DNA of 63,861 nt, filler included, from Octopus bimaculoides (GCF_001194135.2; 9 parts of 8 records of this genome joined end to end with filler, not necessarily neighbours in it); one strand, 5' to 3'. Shown: positions 11,904 through 25,674, counted from the first letter of the whole stretch. A program made the numbers and translations. The notes: generated from the sequence alone by a model not told the origin.

Positions 11904-11980
11904 ATTATTATTATTATTATTTTATGTTTGACTTTTGTTTTGCATTTGTACAAGTTGGATCCAAGTCTCACCCAGAGACC

Positions 11981-12050
<70 letters not shown>

Positions 12051-12127
12051 CATTATTATTATTATTATTATCCTTATTATCATCATCATCATCATCATCA
12101 TCATCATTGTTATTATTATTATTATTA
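11904..12127. repeat. (ATT)n/(ATC)n microsatellites enclosing a short LINE 3'-UTR-like piece (11922-11980)
   Basis: Long pure ATT run 11982-12049 followed by an ATC run; source of the poly-Y/poly-L/poly-I ORFs. Confidence 0.9.
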
Positions 12128-15100
12128 ATGGATTTTACAATAAAAAACCTTGGCTTACAATGCTCTTAGTTTTCATACATTAATGCTTTCTTCAGAATAT
12201 ATAAGCAATTTGCAGTAAATTTTCCACCTAAACTTGGTGAGAAAAATGTTATTTTGATAACATTTTATTGCTAGATATCATTCACCATGAAAGAAGCTCG
12301 TCAAGACAAGAGGAAAGTCTTCCTATTACAGTATGTCTTGGAAATGACAATAATAGCATGCATACTAATACGAAGCACAAAAGCTATATAGATTATGTAA
12401 AGTTGCAATGCTACGGGCTAACATTGAGGATGGAGTTTAGTATATATTCCTTCCCCGGTATTCAATAAGGTGTAAGCTGTCTTCTGTCACTGCGTTGGAT
12501 GCTGCTGCTATATATCCATGCTATGTTGGTGCAATTTGGACACAAATTAGGAGCTCTTTATCAATTCCTGATGCTTTTAAATTTCTTGCGCCCCTTAATA
12601 TGTTGGTGTAATTCTTTGGTTCTGCTGGACCAGATTTGCGCTGCTCTGTTTTAAATCATTTTTGTGGTGTATGTTTTAGCTGTATATTCCTTCCTATTAT
12701 GCCCGCATTTCTGTTAGTTTTAGTTTTCTGGGGTTATAGGTATTTACTAATGTCCCTGTAGGAATTTTTGGTATTTGTCTGAATTAATTTTCCTGGAATC
12801 AAAGCTATTGATTCGTTTATGACTTCGCTTTATAAATACGATGATGATTGTGCATTGCGTAAGCGATTTATTCTTCTTCCATTTAGTATTTCCCTTAATT
12901 CCTAATCTATGCTATCTTTCGTTCATTTAATCTTGTTTGCGTTGTTACTCGGTTCGTTGTTAGTTATGAGATAAGTGTTCTCCAATAGCTAAAAATGTTA
13001 GAACTGTATATTTGGTTGTGCGTTTGTATATGAGTTACATTGGTTTTCATAATCATTTTGGGCGTTATTCCTTTGTTGCTGTGCGTGATGTTAATTCGCT
13101 GAATTGCTTGCCTCGTTCTATGTGAGGTCGCTTCAATAGAACTTGCTCTTTGGTTTGGATTTCTCTTTATGATTGTTCCTCCTATGTTGTTTATCACTAT
13201 AAGCTGTTATCTTTGACATACCCGTGATAATGACTGTTGTCATTGTTCAGAAAGCAATAACTTTGTTTCGAAGGCGTGCAATCCATTGGATGACCCAAAT
13301 GCCGTTACGGAGAGATAGGTACAAACATGAGCGAGGCTACGAAATTGTCATAGCACAATGTATGAAATGAAAATATAACAAATAGTGAAATTGTCGATGA
13401 TTATATTTTCCTGCTTGATTAATCATATTTGTTTCAATCTTTCAGTCAATGTTTAATAAGAACTACCTTACTTCTCACAAAAACAAGAGACTTATCACTC
13501 TATTAATAGGATAAATATCAGCCTTTAGTAGCCCTTGCCGCTGCATAGTAATCATCTAAAAATTGTTCTGTAATGAATTACCTATATTAACCCAATTACC
13601 CATACTTCTGTCGCTAAGGAGAAATGTGGTTAATTTATCAATTATTACAATTTATTTGGTTTAATTACATAGTACATGGAGCCAGTGTCTCATGAATCGG
13701 TCGTCATAGTCATTTACAAATCTATTTTATTTGGGTGATAAGAAGTGTCCATTAAAGTTAATATTTGAAAGATTTACTCGAAAACAAAGTCCTTCGAAAT
13801 GGTATGTTTGTGTAATGTGTATGCTTTTACTGGAGGATGCATATATGCGTGTTCTGCCTTTGTATGTTTGTTGTGTTTCTCTATGTGCGAGCGTTTTACA
13901 GAATTAAAACTAACTTTCCTTTACTTGTAATAACTTACCAGACATAGGTATGTTTTTAAATCATGACTTATATTAGTTATAAAAACAATCTCAACATCAT
14001 CAAAGGCCAAAAATTAGAAAAACAAAATTATATATATATAGAAATGAAAAATCCATAAAACTATAAATGGAAAGAATCATGACTGATAACATTTAAAGAG
14101 ATTAAAGCATTTTAAAACATGCTCGATCACTTAACTCTTAAGACGTTGAGAGGTATGTAGTTCAATTAGTTTGCTCTGAATTGTACTTAGCTTAATGGGT
14201 ACTTGAGAAATACTTGTTTTTACACATAAAGGATTGCCGATAGAAAATTAAAAGAAATTAATACTGAAAAATAGATGAAAAATAGAAAGAAACGAAACAA
14301 ATGTATATAAAGTTAAAATAACATAACTAAACATTGAACGTTGAGCTAAAATAACAAGCCAATTAAAAGCGAAATCTGTCATTATCGATCACAAGTTCAT
14401 TTTATTAGATAGGTTGATCTCCTACTGATTATTAGATCATGTCGGGATTATCAATGGTAGTAATAACAGTCATGAAAAACTAGACAGCGGTGTGCTATGT
14501 TTTATCTTGATGCCGGGATCAAATCACATCAATTCGAAAATTGTTATTCTCGTAGTGGTGTTGGAAATGCCATAACAGAAAAATACTAGATTAATTCAAC
14601 CAACTTTTGATTAAGTCATTTTCTTTAAAACAATTCTAATGTAACCAACATTAACTAAATTAAGAAACAGCCCAGTAAGAAATTTTATATATTACAACTG
14701 TCAGTTGTATCATTGAGCGAGAAATCCTCCTCATGACGCAAGGAATCCTTCTTATGCGCTAAGTTTGAAAAATTATCTGTTAATTCTACTACGTATGATA
14801 TAACTAATATGTTACAAAATCTTATTCCTTTTCTTTCCATGGGAATTACGTTACCGTCCTATTGCCACCAACGATACGAGTTGCAATTTATTACTGATAT
14901 ACTTGCATAAACCTTTTACAAGCTTTATTCTTAATAATAGAATCCTTGACATCAACAATGTAGGCTCCTTCTGATCATAGTCTTTTAATTGCAAGCTACT
15001 GATACAATTACCGAGCAGCAGTAGTCCTACTTAATGCCATTCTTCATACAGTAGGAATCCTATCCACTAGAAGCCAAGCCAGTGCACCAAATTCACCTCA

Positions 15101-16203
15101 TGACCTGAACCAGCCAGCCAATGAGGTTACCAGCCAATAACAACCAAGTTTTCATTGTGACTCACTTGCAGGCATTCGAGCGATCAGATGTATTTTATTC
15201 AATTCTGTGGAATTTGAATTAATGCAAATCTCAATCATATTTGTGAACAGAAATAATTATAAACAATACGAAACTTAATACGTGTTTTTTACTTTCTTCC
15301 ATATGTGCACCTATCTCTCTATCTACGCTCTCTTCGTTTCTTCATTTATATTTATAATATATGTGTGTGAGAGAGTATGTGTTGGTATCCCTGTGATTGT
15401 GTCTGCGATGTGCTTCTCCGAGGTTTTCGTTTGTCATACTCCATTCGATAGGTATTCGAGTTGAATGTAGACAATACTCGCCTGTGAATGAGAATCCAAC
15501 TTCATAACCACATTGACATGCCTGAGCGCAAAGATAGTTGAATGACTAAGAAACAATTGCCACCAGGCACTGGAGTGTTAGGTTTCATGAAATTATCAAA
15601 ATCAGTTAAGTCTTGCGATTTTAAATGATGCTATATCTGCCTAAGTTATTAATATATAAAGCATGTATGAAATATAAATAAGGAGGTGGTGCCTCTGAAT
15701 AAATAGTATAATACAACTATTTTCATAACTTCTTTTCGTCCAAACTATTTTAGAATCGATAATTACTATTTTCTATAGCATTCAACTAGCAGCTGAGAAG
15801 TATATATTAATCGACGACCGGATTCATTGAATGACACATAGCAATGCCGCTTGCTCGTTTAGTTTAACTACATGACTCTAAAGCGCATTGGTAAATACAC
15901 AAACCATTGTGTATTTTCAAAGTTTACAGCGCTGATTTTAATTCCTAATAACAGGTCATGATTAGATAGAAGTGTACCCTACATATTATGCTTTGACCAA
16001 TTTTATCGCTGCCAGTACACGATATAAATAAATTACAATATACGAACGTTTGAAGTAACAATTCTCAGAATTTTAGTTTTGGTACTTTATAGTCAGTAGC
16101 TTAGAGATGTATCATAATATAGATGTATAATTTAACACAACAGTAACTTATTCAAGATGCTAAATTTGATTTACTATCTTTAAAAACATAAAACATATAT
16201 AAG

Positions 16204-16237
16204 TTGTTGCTGTTGTTGTTATTATTAATATTATTAC

Positions 16238-16311
<74 letters not shown>
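16204..16311. repeat. (TTA)n microsatellite
   Basis: Direct reading; produces the poly-Leu ORF 16204-16617. Confidence 0.95.
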
Positions 16312-16513
16312 GCGCATAGTTATTTTTTTGTTGTGCGTTTATTATTATATGATGTATGTTTTCCGTGTGTCTTTTTGTTTATTGTGATTGTTTTCTATTC
16401 TAGATTTGCATTCATCTTCAATGATTATTTTTCGCTATTATACTTTCTATTTTCTTTTCTTGCCTCTCTTTTATGTTTAATATCATTATTTGATATAACT
16501 TTTTTCTACACAA

Positions 16514-16614
<101 letters not shown>

Positions 16615-17016
16615 TGAATCTATTTGTATATTTCTTTTGTGTTTAACATTTCTTCTAATATCTATCATAATGTTGATCTTTTTAAGTGTTTAGCTATCAA
16701 AACAGATTGTACAAAATTTACAAAATCAAGATATTACATTTTCTTATCGTTTTTTACTTCCTGTAATATCCATTCTTTTTTGCCAAACAAACTCACATTT
16801 TATTCTTTGCCTTATTTTCTCTTAATGAGATCCACAAAACTTTTTACGTAAGAGTTGTTCATTTTTCACTCTAGGTTTTCTTTTTGCATAATTAGTTTAG
16901 CTGCTTAGCTTCGTAAAACATATATACAATTATCTGTAAAATTATGCACACACCCGAACATGTGCACAGTAATGTAGACATAGAAACATCTGGAAACACA
17001 CACATATAATAGCATT

Positions 17017-17070
<54 letters not shown>

Positions 17071-18624
17071 TGTGTATGTATGTATGTATGTGTCTACGTA
17101 TGTATGTATGTATATATATACATATATATATATATATACGAATTACATACATGCACACACAAGGGTATATTATTGTATGTATATATTTTTATGTATATAT
17201 CTAAATATATATGTATATACACATGTGTATGTATGTATGTATATGTTTGTATGTATTTACATACAGAATGAGAGGAGTTAAAGAAACAGATTGAATTCAA
17301 TCTTTCACTGCCTTCTATACTGATTATTGATTTTTCACACATTTGATGTTTTGCAGATAATTCTTGACTCTGTAGTTAATCACAGCTGATTTTCAATTTA
17401 GCTTTATTTTCTTATTTCGAAAAATGTGTACTGGTAATTACTTGTTTTATGTTGTTCATTTGAGGTGTTATTAAAATCCTTCTTGATTGTAATTTTGCTC
17501 TCCATTGTGTTTTGAGATTTTAACTTTTCTTGTGCTTTATTGCTTCCTTCATATCTTTGCATTGCATTGAGATGATAAATCATGGTTCATTACTTACACT
17601 TCCACCCATTTATAGCAATATGTCATTGGGTTATTAAATATTCTTACTTACATACGTAACTTTGAAATTATTATTGATTATTTTCTTGTAAAATTAGTTG
17701 CTCTTACGATACAAACAAAATTTCAAAAGCCAATACATCTTAAATATTTGTGTATATGAATATAGCGTAAACAACTATAACAGTATATTTATTATTTCTG
17801 CTCTTTGCATGAGCTTTTTCGAAATGTAGTGCATATTGTTCGTTTTATCCAATATGTATTTATATATTTATGAAAAACAGATATACTTTCAGTTGATATG
17901 TGTTGCTACCTGGTATATTGTACATTTCCTCCATAAAATTTCATTGTTATTCTCTTTTCTTCGACATTTTCTTTGTCTATTGAAAATCAGTTACCGTGCT
18001 AACGATCGAAGCCTAAAACAGATATATCAAGCTAGAAATATATTGTGACCCTCTCCAGCAGCGAAAGCATTTAAAAAGGAAAAAGAATTTTAAAATTTTG
18101 CTCATGAACTACAGTGTTGGGTACAGCCATTTTCCAGGTTCTCGAAAGTCACTCCAGTTCTCTAATAACAAACCAGACTCCTCCAATAGACTTGATTTAT
18201 CTTGAAACTGGATCCTGATCAGCTCTATATTTTGGTTGGTGCGAAAATCTCGCGTTAAAATAGATTAAGGAAGTATATACAACTGGATCGACAACTATAT
18301 GATATTCAATGAAATCTCATTATCTTTAGAAACCTTTTGTCATTCACTTAATCATATTCTTGTTAGGGAACCTCTACACATTCGTCAGCCTGCTAGAAAT
18401 ATCTGCGAAATCACCTTCAAATTCTACCTTAAGAAACAAAATATTGGATATATGGTCGGGTGTGTCGACACCCCCAGACGGTGAAGTAGGCTAGCCCAAT
18501 ACGTGGTTGAGTAGAGGTCATCCGAACCTGCGATATAAGAGTGGCGACGAGGAGTTCGTAGCTCACACAGCCACTATGTAGTATTGCGATATATCATGGT
18601 CACAATTGAAAATCATTTTAATGC

Positions 18625-19270
18625 AGGATCATTTAATCAAAATTGAGCTTACGATGAATGGCACTAGTAAAATTTAAACGTCACTAATTTCAATGCATTT
18701 GTTGTAGCACTGCACACCTTCGCGAAAGACCAATGGACCTCATTTTCTCCAATATGAAGGTGTTCAGGACATTTTTTACAGCTTCCATTGTCTTCTTCAA
18801 TTTGGGGAACAAACAAAAGTTACAGGGAAGGAATGTCTGCAATCTAAGGAGTGTGAATGACAGATTTGAAGCCTATCCCTGTCGAGTAATTTGTTATCGG
18901 GATAGAAATCTGAAATGGTGCATTGTCCTGTTACAGATGCTCTGGACTTTTCCAATCAAATCTCTACCTGAACGCATTGAAATTCCCCGAAAGTACTAAC
19001 TTTTTGCTTGCCGTCAGACCAGAATGAACCTTGTGCATGTGGATCAGACCATTACTGTCGGATAAGGGGATTATCGCGAACTTCATGGTGGACTTCTTTT
19101 ACTCCGTTTCTTGTGCCAGTGAAAAACTGAAGTTCGGTGCATACAAGTCAATCCTTATACAGACTGGAACATTTAATAAACTTCTGTTTCTTAATTTAGC
19201 ACAAAACTTTATTGCCTTGCAAGCTTCCAAATTGTCTTCTCGTCCCGATTGCATTCCGGAAACTAGTCAT
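18625..19270 (-). mobile_element. mariner relic, internally deleted and frameshifted
   Basis: Minus-strand fragments MQSGREDNLEACKAIKFCAKL, STMKFAIIPLSDSNGLIHMHKV, QDNAP and LPCNFCLFPKLKK match mariner transposase N-terminus, KVM..FFD block, second-Asp motif and DFFLFPKLK block. Confidence 0.75.
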
Positions 19271-20668
19271 CTTTGACGAGCAGTGTAGTGTTGTACAAGA
19301 TGCTATTATAGCCACCTCCTTCAGTCTGGAATAACAAAACTTGGAAGGTCAGCTTAGAAGTAGAGTAGTAATATGCTAAAATTACAAAATCTAGGATAGT
19401 TTTGATTGCTTGTCCTAAAAATGTCACAAGACTTTTGGAATGTAGTATATACCGTGAGAAAAATTAGGCAAGGAGGTTAGATGGATAAGACTGAGTTTGA
19501 CTGAAGAAACGTGGCACTTTATGTCCTTCTTGACTAGTATTCTACAATTGACTATAACGTATTTTAACAACATGTGATAAACGATAATGAAATAGTAGCT
19601 CCGCGAATTCTGCACAAATAATAGAATGGAAGAGTGAGAGAGTGAGTGAGAGAAAGAGGGAGGGAGAGTATATGGAGGGAGAAAGAGACTGTAAGAGACA
19701 TATGTAGACGGAGGAAGATTAAAGCAAAATAAAAACAATGTAGCCATTTCATACATTTAAGTCGAACATTCATTGCCGCATATACCACTATACGTTGCCG
19801 TGGTACTTTCACGTGATGTATTTTGTTTTTTCTTTTATTATTATCAGTATTATTTAAAAATTTCTATCATACCGCTTTCTTCCTGATTCCAATCCTGCCT
19901 GGGTAAGATTTGCCTTTCGTTCTTCTCATATAAATAAAGTGAAGTACCAGTAATGTACTTAGGTCAATGACATTGACTAGCCCCTTTAAATCAAAATTGC
20001 TGTCCAGTAATCAAAACATATTGAAAGAAAAAAAAATAATAAATGTTTTTTTTTAAATTTTATTATACCTCTTTGTATTTTGTTTTCATACACTGCTGAC
20101 GTACAATGTGACTTTCAACATTTCGGAGGTTTATAAAATATACGTCAACAGTGTTATGGTTCCATTAAATGGACTATCCCCTTCCGTCATTTTCATGCCT
20201 TTCATCAATATTAGAAATAAATAATTTTGACCATTCATCAGCGAAGATGGAGCAGAGATATGATAAAAGGTGGAAGAGAGGTAAACAACCACTACAATTA
20301 CTTTTGATATTTCTATGATTGCTTTTTCAAATATGCCTCTTCATATTTGAAGAGTCTATGGGGTGAATTGCTTGCTGTTTCTCACAGATAGAGACAGTAC
20401 CTAGTAGACAAAATTTGTCCCGTGGAAGTATTAAAATCATTGTGGAAATTATCCAGATATTTGAAGTTTGAAAGAGATTGGTGATACTAGTATGACATGT
20501 ATATGTCTTATTCTTGGCGATTATTGTCAAATAAGATTTTTGTATAAGACAAATGTTTCTGGGTGTGCCTTACGTGAACTGTTCTTCGATGAGGCTTCTA
20601 ATTAGTCTAGCGTCGAATTTAGTGGTCTTCACGTTGTATCGATTCTATAAATTATAAATATATCTATC

Positions 20669-20712
<44 letters not shown>

Positions 20713-20914
20713 TGATAGATCGCCATTGTAGATCGGTAGTCACTACACATTCTTTATTTTCTCTCCTTGTTTCTTTCTGTGTTCCTTGCTGTGGAAGAGC
20801 GCAGGCTCGAAAAGTTAAATACCTTTTCACTTCCCAAGCGTTAAACTAATACATATGTTTGTTGTCTATACCACCTGTCTTTATTTTTTTTTGTGAATTC
20901 TCTCTATATATGGT

Positions 20915-21141
20915 GCAGGCATCACTGTGTAGTAAGAAGCATGTTTCCTAACCACATGGTTCCGGGTACAGTCGTCTTACTGTGTAGCACCTTGGGCAAG
21001 TATCTTCTACTATAGACGCGGGCCGACCAATGCCTTCTGAGTGGATTTAGTTGACGGAAACTGAAAATAGGTCCGTCGTTTATGTATANNNNNNNNNNNN
21101 NNNNNNNNNNNNNNNNNNNNNNNNNNNNNNNNNNNNNNNNN

Positions 21142-21182
<41 letters not shown>

Positions 21183-21265
21183 CATATATATGAATATTTG
21201 TGTATATGTCTGTGGCCCCATCATCGCTTGACAACGGATGTTTATGATTTTACGTGCTCGTACTT
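20915..21265 (+). mobile_element. tRNA-derived SINE, family A (gap-interrupted)
   Basis: GCAGGCATCACTGTGTAGTAAG...CACCTTGGGCAAGTATC...GGCCGACCAATGCC...GACGGAAACTGAAA. Confidence 0.8.
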
Positions 21266-22168
21266 ATATGCATTTATGTATGTCTGGATAAGTGTATGTT
21301 TGTCTAAATATAAATTTCTCTTTCTTTTTATGTATTTACTTATACATAAAATCCTTGCATACACACACATAAAATATTTGGGGTTGGTGTCCAGTATTCT
21401 GGAAGACCACAGGGAGTGAGTCACTACTTTGCTTCAGTTAAAGCATGTCTCTAGCTGGAAGCCAATGTGATATAGATATAAAATCAGATATAAAGGCGAG
21501 GACGTAGAAAATTTTGGGACCCTTTTGAGATTATGGCGCTCCACATTCTCTGGAAGCGCTGTCATATATACTTTACATATAAAGTATATAATTTTATGTA
21601 CTTTTAAATCTCTTTTTCTTGCTATATTTTATTTGACTACATCCTTCCTGTTAACCTTTCCTGTCTTTTCTAAGCATTAAAACTGGTCAAATAGCTAAAC
21701 CCCTATCTAACAGCTTTATTGATATAACATAGCATATGTTTAGTTTTGCTGAACACAGTAAGCTGATTTGGGGCTTCCGTGCATTAGAAGAGAGTATTTT
21801 GTATCTGATAATTTGATATGCTCACTTTCTTTATTTACATTGAATTGTGAATATACAATTGTATTATGCAATGCATAGTTTGCATATTAATACAAGCGTG
21901 TAAATATAATTTATTCCACACTGAAATTATTACTACATGGAGAGGGGTAAGCGACGGTCGTAAACATAAGGATGTTGTTAAATAAATATATTCATCTCTC
22001 ATATCTTCTGATTTATGATTATTTATATACTCTTCGTGAAGTAATTTCATTCCTCGGATATTCTAGATTTCAGGTTTATAGACACTTTGCATTACATTCG
22101 TGGATGCATTGGACTACTATGTGGCCTAATAGCCGAATCCGTTAGAGGAGTTCTATATGATAGCGACA

Positions 22169-22199
<31 letters not shown>

Positions 22200-22299
22200 N
22201 NNNNNNNNNNNNNNNNNNNNNNNNNNNNNNNNNNNNNNNNNNNTTAATTAATTAANNNNNNNNNNNNNNNNNNNNNNNNNNNNNNNNNNNNNNNNNNNN

Positions 22300-25200
22300 G
22301 GGAATCATGCATGTACCCCCATTACATCATTTTCATCTGCTAATTACTCCGGCGCACAGGAGCTATAGAGATAGAATGGGGCATGCCAACGCAGGGCCGA
22401 AACAGCTGTAAGTTTTTGTATGTTCTCCAATTGCTAAATGTACTTTATATTTCTAACCTTAATTGTTAATATGACATGGTATGTCATGAGCATCTGTATA
22501 TTGTGGTTTTTGTCATTTTAGTTATAAAATAAACAAATCAATCAATGGAACACACTGTCTGCAAGTCGATGGATACCGCATATTCTCCTCCATTTTCTTA
22601 TTGCTATATAAATTTAGGGTAAAATAACCCCCTTTTACCTGCACCCACTTATTGCACTTGGTATAACACTAGTGTAACAATAATTGGGTACCCTCCCAGC
22701 AGTATATTGGATAGATACTATCTCTTAGTGGTTTGAAGCCTCAACCCCTAACTCTCTTGCATTATAATTTGTTGAGGACGATTTATTATTATCATTATTA
22801 TTATTACTCCTTCTCTGTATATAGCAGATCTTTGCATTGTGTGCAACATTGCTTATGAAAGTGTTTATACATTTGAATATAATATAATATAATAGACCTT
22901 CAAAATGAATACTGTTGGTAAAATGGATCTGATATGGATGGACTCATCATTTAAAGACATACCTATCCCACCTAAGGGCACATATATTAAAGAACTAATC
23001 TTAAGAATAAATGAATTCATTCATAGAATACGCTGGAGGATACATCATCAGGATAGGAAAACTTCCCAGTTGGACCCAGAAACTCTTAACGATCACCACT
23101 TCACCAGAAATAATGACAATGAAATGCAGGAACTTACTAAACATATATTTAAATCCAGAAAAGCGCCACCAGCCAACAAGCACTTGGATGATTTTGAACA
23201 GGAACTATGGAATATAGTGAAAAACATCCAGTTTAAGAACCACCCCCTCAGGCATAATCTTTACCAAAGAAAGTTGAAAGAACTGATAACAACTCTAGAT
23301 ACCAAAAATGGTATTCTAACCCATTCAGACAAAACAGGGAACTTATATAATATTGAAACAGACACATACCATGAACTAATATATAGGGAAATAATGAAAA
23401 AATATAAGGTTGTACCTAAGAAAGTTAAACTTGGAAGCCAGGAATATTATGCTGGATTTTAATCTAGGTGATAAAACTGAACCATTTACTCCTATATAAC
23501 TATTAAGGATCACAAAGAGAATTTCCCCAACAAAACACAGGTTAGACTAATTTGTCCCAACAAATCGGACTTCGGAAAACTTAGTAAAGTAATACTGGAT
23601 AAGTACCTACCAACAATTAGCAATAGGGTCAAACTTAACTTCTGGAATAACACACAAGGAGCATTGAATTGGTTCTCCAAAATACAGATAAGAAATAGAC
23701 GTAACCTTAGACTAATCCAAATTGATATTCAAAACTATGCATCTACAAACCCAGTAGTCCTCAATAGCACTCTCATTTTTGCAAAAAGACACACTAACCT
23801 TAGTATGAGGGAAAGAAAAGTAATACTCACTGCCCGGAAGACTGTTATAGAATTTGATAACGAAAGGACACACACAACCTCTTTGATATTATGATGGGAT
23901 CACCGGACTCGGCGGAAATGACTGACCTGGTAGGTCTTTATATATTAGACAATATAGGTAGGGAATTCCCTGAATTAACTGGCGGTCTATATAGAGTCGA
24001 CGCACTATTTTTGGTTGAAAACATTTCGAATAGGCGTCTTTAATTACTTAAAAAACACCTACACAAATTCTTTAATAGGTTTGGCCTATCCATATCTATT
24101 GAAGATGAAAACTATTCTATAAATTATTTAGATGTAAATTGCAATCTAAATACTGGACTACATGAGCCGTATATAAAGGAAAATTCTAATATAAGGTATA
24201 TAAATAGTTCTAGTAACCATCCCCAATAACAATAATAACCAGAATAGTCGGGATGAAACAACTACCCACAAAGAAATGATTTTGCCAAATGTAGCACTGC
24301 CAAAAACAGAAATAAAAACAAAAATAATTGTTGCGACAACAGTAGGGGTAATAATGACATTAGTAATAGTAATAGGAAAAATATTAAAAATGGGATAAGA
24401 CAATCAGTGCAAAATAATAGTAACAAAGGCAATAGGAATAAGAGCATTGCTAATAGAGTTGTTGGTAATGGAGATAATAAGGATGATACTGATAATAATA
24501 GTGGACGAAATAATAACTTTAAAAACAATAGTTATGATAGGAATGACAGCAACAAAAATGGTAACATGAAGAATAATATTAAATACAATATTAGCAAGTA
24601 TAATACCGGAAGATCCACACATAATTTAGGCAACCTTTATAAGGACAATAATGGGGTAGACACTCTGTGGCTAATAATCCCCTTCACCATGCAGATCAAA
24701 AATGACATAGTAAAAACTATCTTCAGTATAATCAATAAACACTTTGTAAGAGGAAAGAATAAATATTGGGAGTTAATCAATAAAAGGACAGTAAGAATAG
24801 GATATAGCCTAATGCACAACCTGGCTACCATAATCTCCTCAATTAACAATAACATAAACAGCACAAACATATATAGCAACAATATTAGCTATAATAATGA
24901 TAATTATGGCAATAGCAATGATGATACTAATACTAATACTGGAAACAATAACATTAATATAAACAATGGAAACAATAGTAATAATAATAATAGTACAAGT
25001 GGCAATAGAAGTATTAAGAGTAATAATAATGGTAGGAATACTAACATTGCTAACAACAATAATATTAGGAATAACAGCGTCTTAGGGATCAACAAAAACC
25101 GAATAAATAGCAATAGCATGGCAAATTTTAACACCAACCACATTAACTATGTGCACCAAAGTAAGATTTGTAATTGTAGAATAAGTGAAAATTGCGTGCT

Positions 25201-25538
25201 TGGAAATAGCTGCATGAGAAAGGAGGTAGTATACCAATGTGTAGTAAATACAAAATATGATAATAGGGTATACGTGGGTGCGACTAAAAATAGTATGAAA
25301 CAAAGACTTAATTATCACAATTATACGTTTAGGAACAGGAACAGAAGAAATTCTACCGGATTAAGCAGCTATATATGGGAACTCAAAGATAAGGGTATTA
25401 ACTTTAACCTAGACTGGGAAATATTAACATCTGCACCTGCATACAATAATAAAAATAAAAAATGCTTATTATGCATAAATGAAATTTTTTTCCTAATTAG
25501 GGCCAAAATTCTGCTTATTAACAATCTGAAGGAACGTA
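22300..25538 (+). mobile_element. Penelope-like retroelement, Naiad-type (RT + GIY-YIG), dead copy with Asn-rich linkers
   Basis: N-terminal ORF 22905-23462. RT blocks YITIKDHKENF, VRLICPNKSDFGKLSK, IQIDIQNY, FDIMMGSPDSAE, LYRVD (23990-24001, from YRDD), NYLDV, SNHP. Then LWLIIPF...YSLMHNL and GIY-YIG CNCRISENCVLGNSC...VVYQC...YVGATKNSMKQRLNYHNYTF...LSSYIWELK...CLLC. Frameshifts and a TAA at 24041. Upstream pLTR-like segment with hammerhead tail (22399) and AATAAA. Confidence 0.92.
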
Positions 25539-25643
25539 ANNNNNNNNNNNNNNNNNNNNNNNNNNNNNNNNNNNNNNNNNNNNTTAATTAATTAANNNNN
25601 NNNNNNNNNNNNNNNNNNNNNNNNNNNNNNNNNNNNNNNTATA

Positions 25644-25674
<31 letters not shown>

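Noticed and set aside
20240-20286. Possible upstream SLC23 exon ending ...GGRE|GTAAAC
   Set aside because: No real similarity to the expected W..R.RE exon and a weak acceptor.
25160-25500. Selenocysteine recoding, reported for some Naiad PLEs
   Set aside because: All conserved Cys positions in CNCR...C...C and CLLC are TGT/TGC; no in-frame TGA at these sites. The 3' UTR is in a gap, so a SECIS cannot be assessed.
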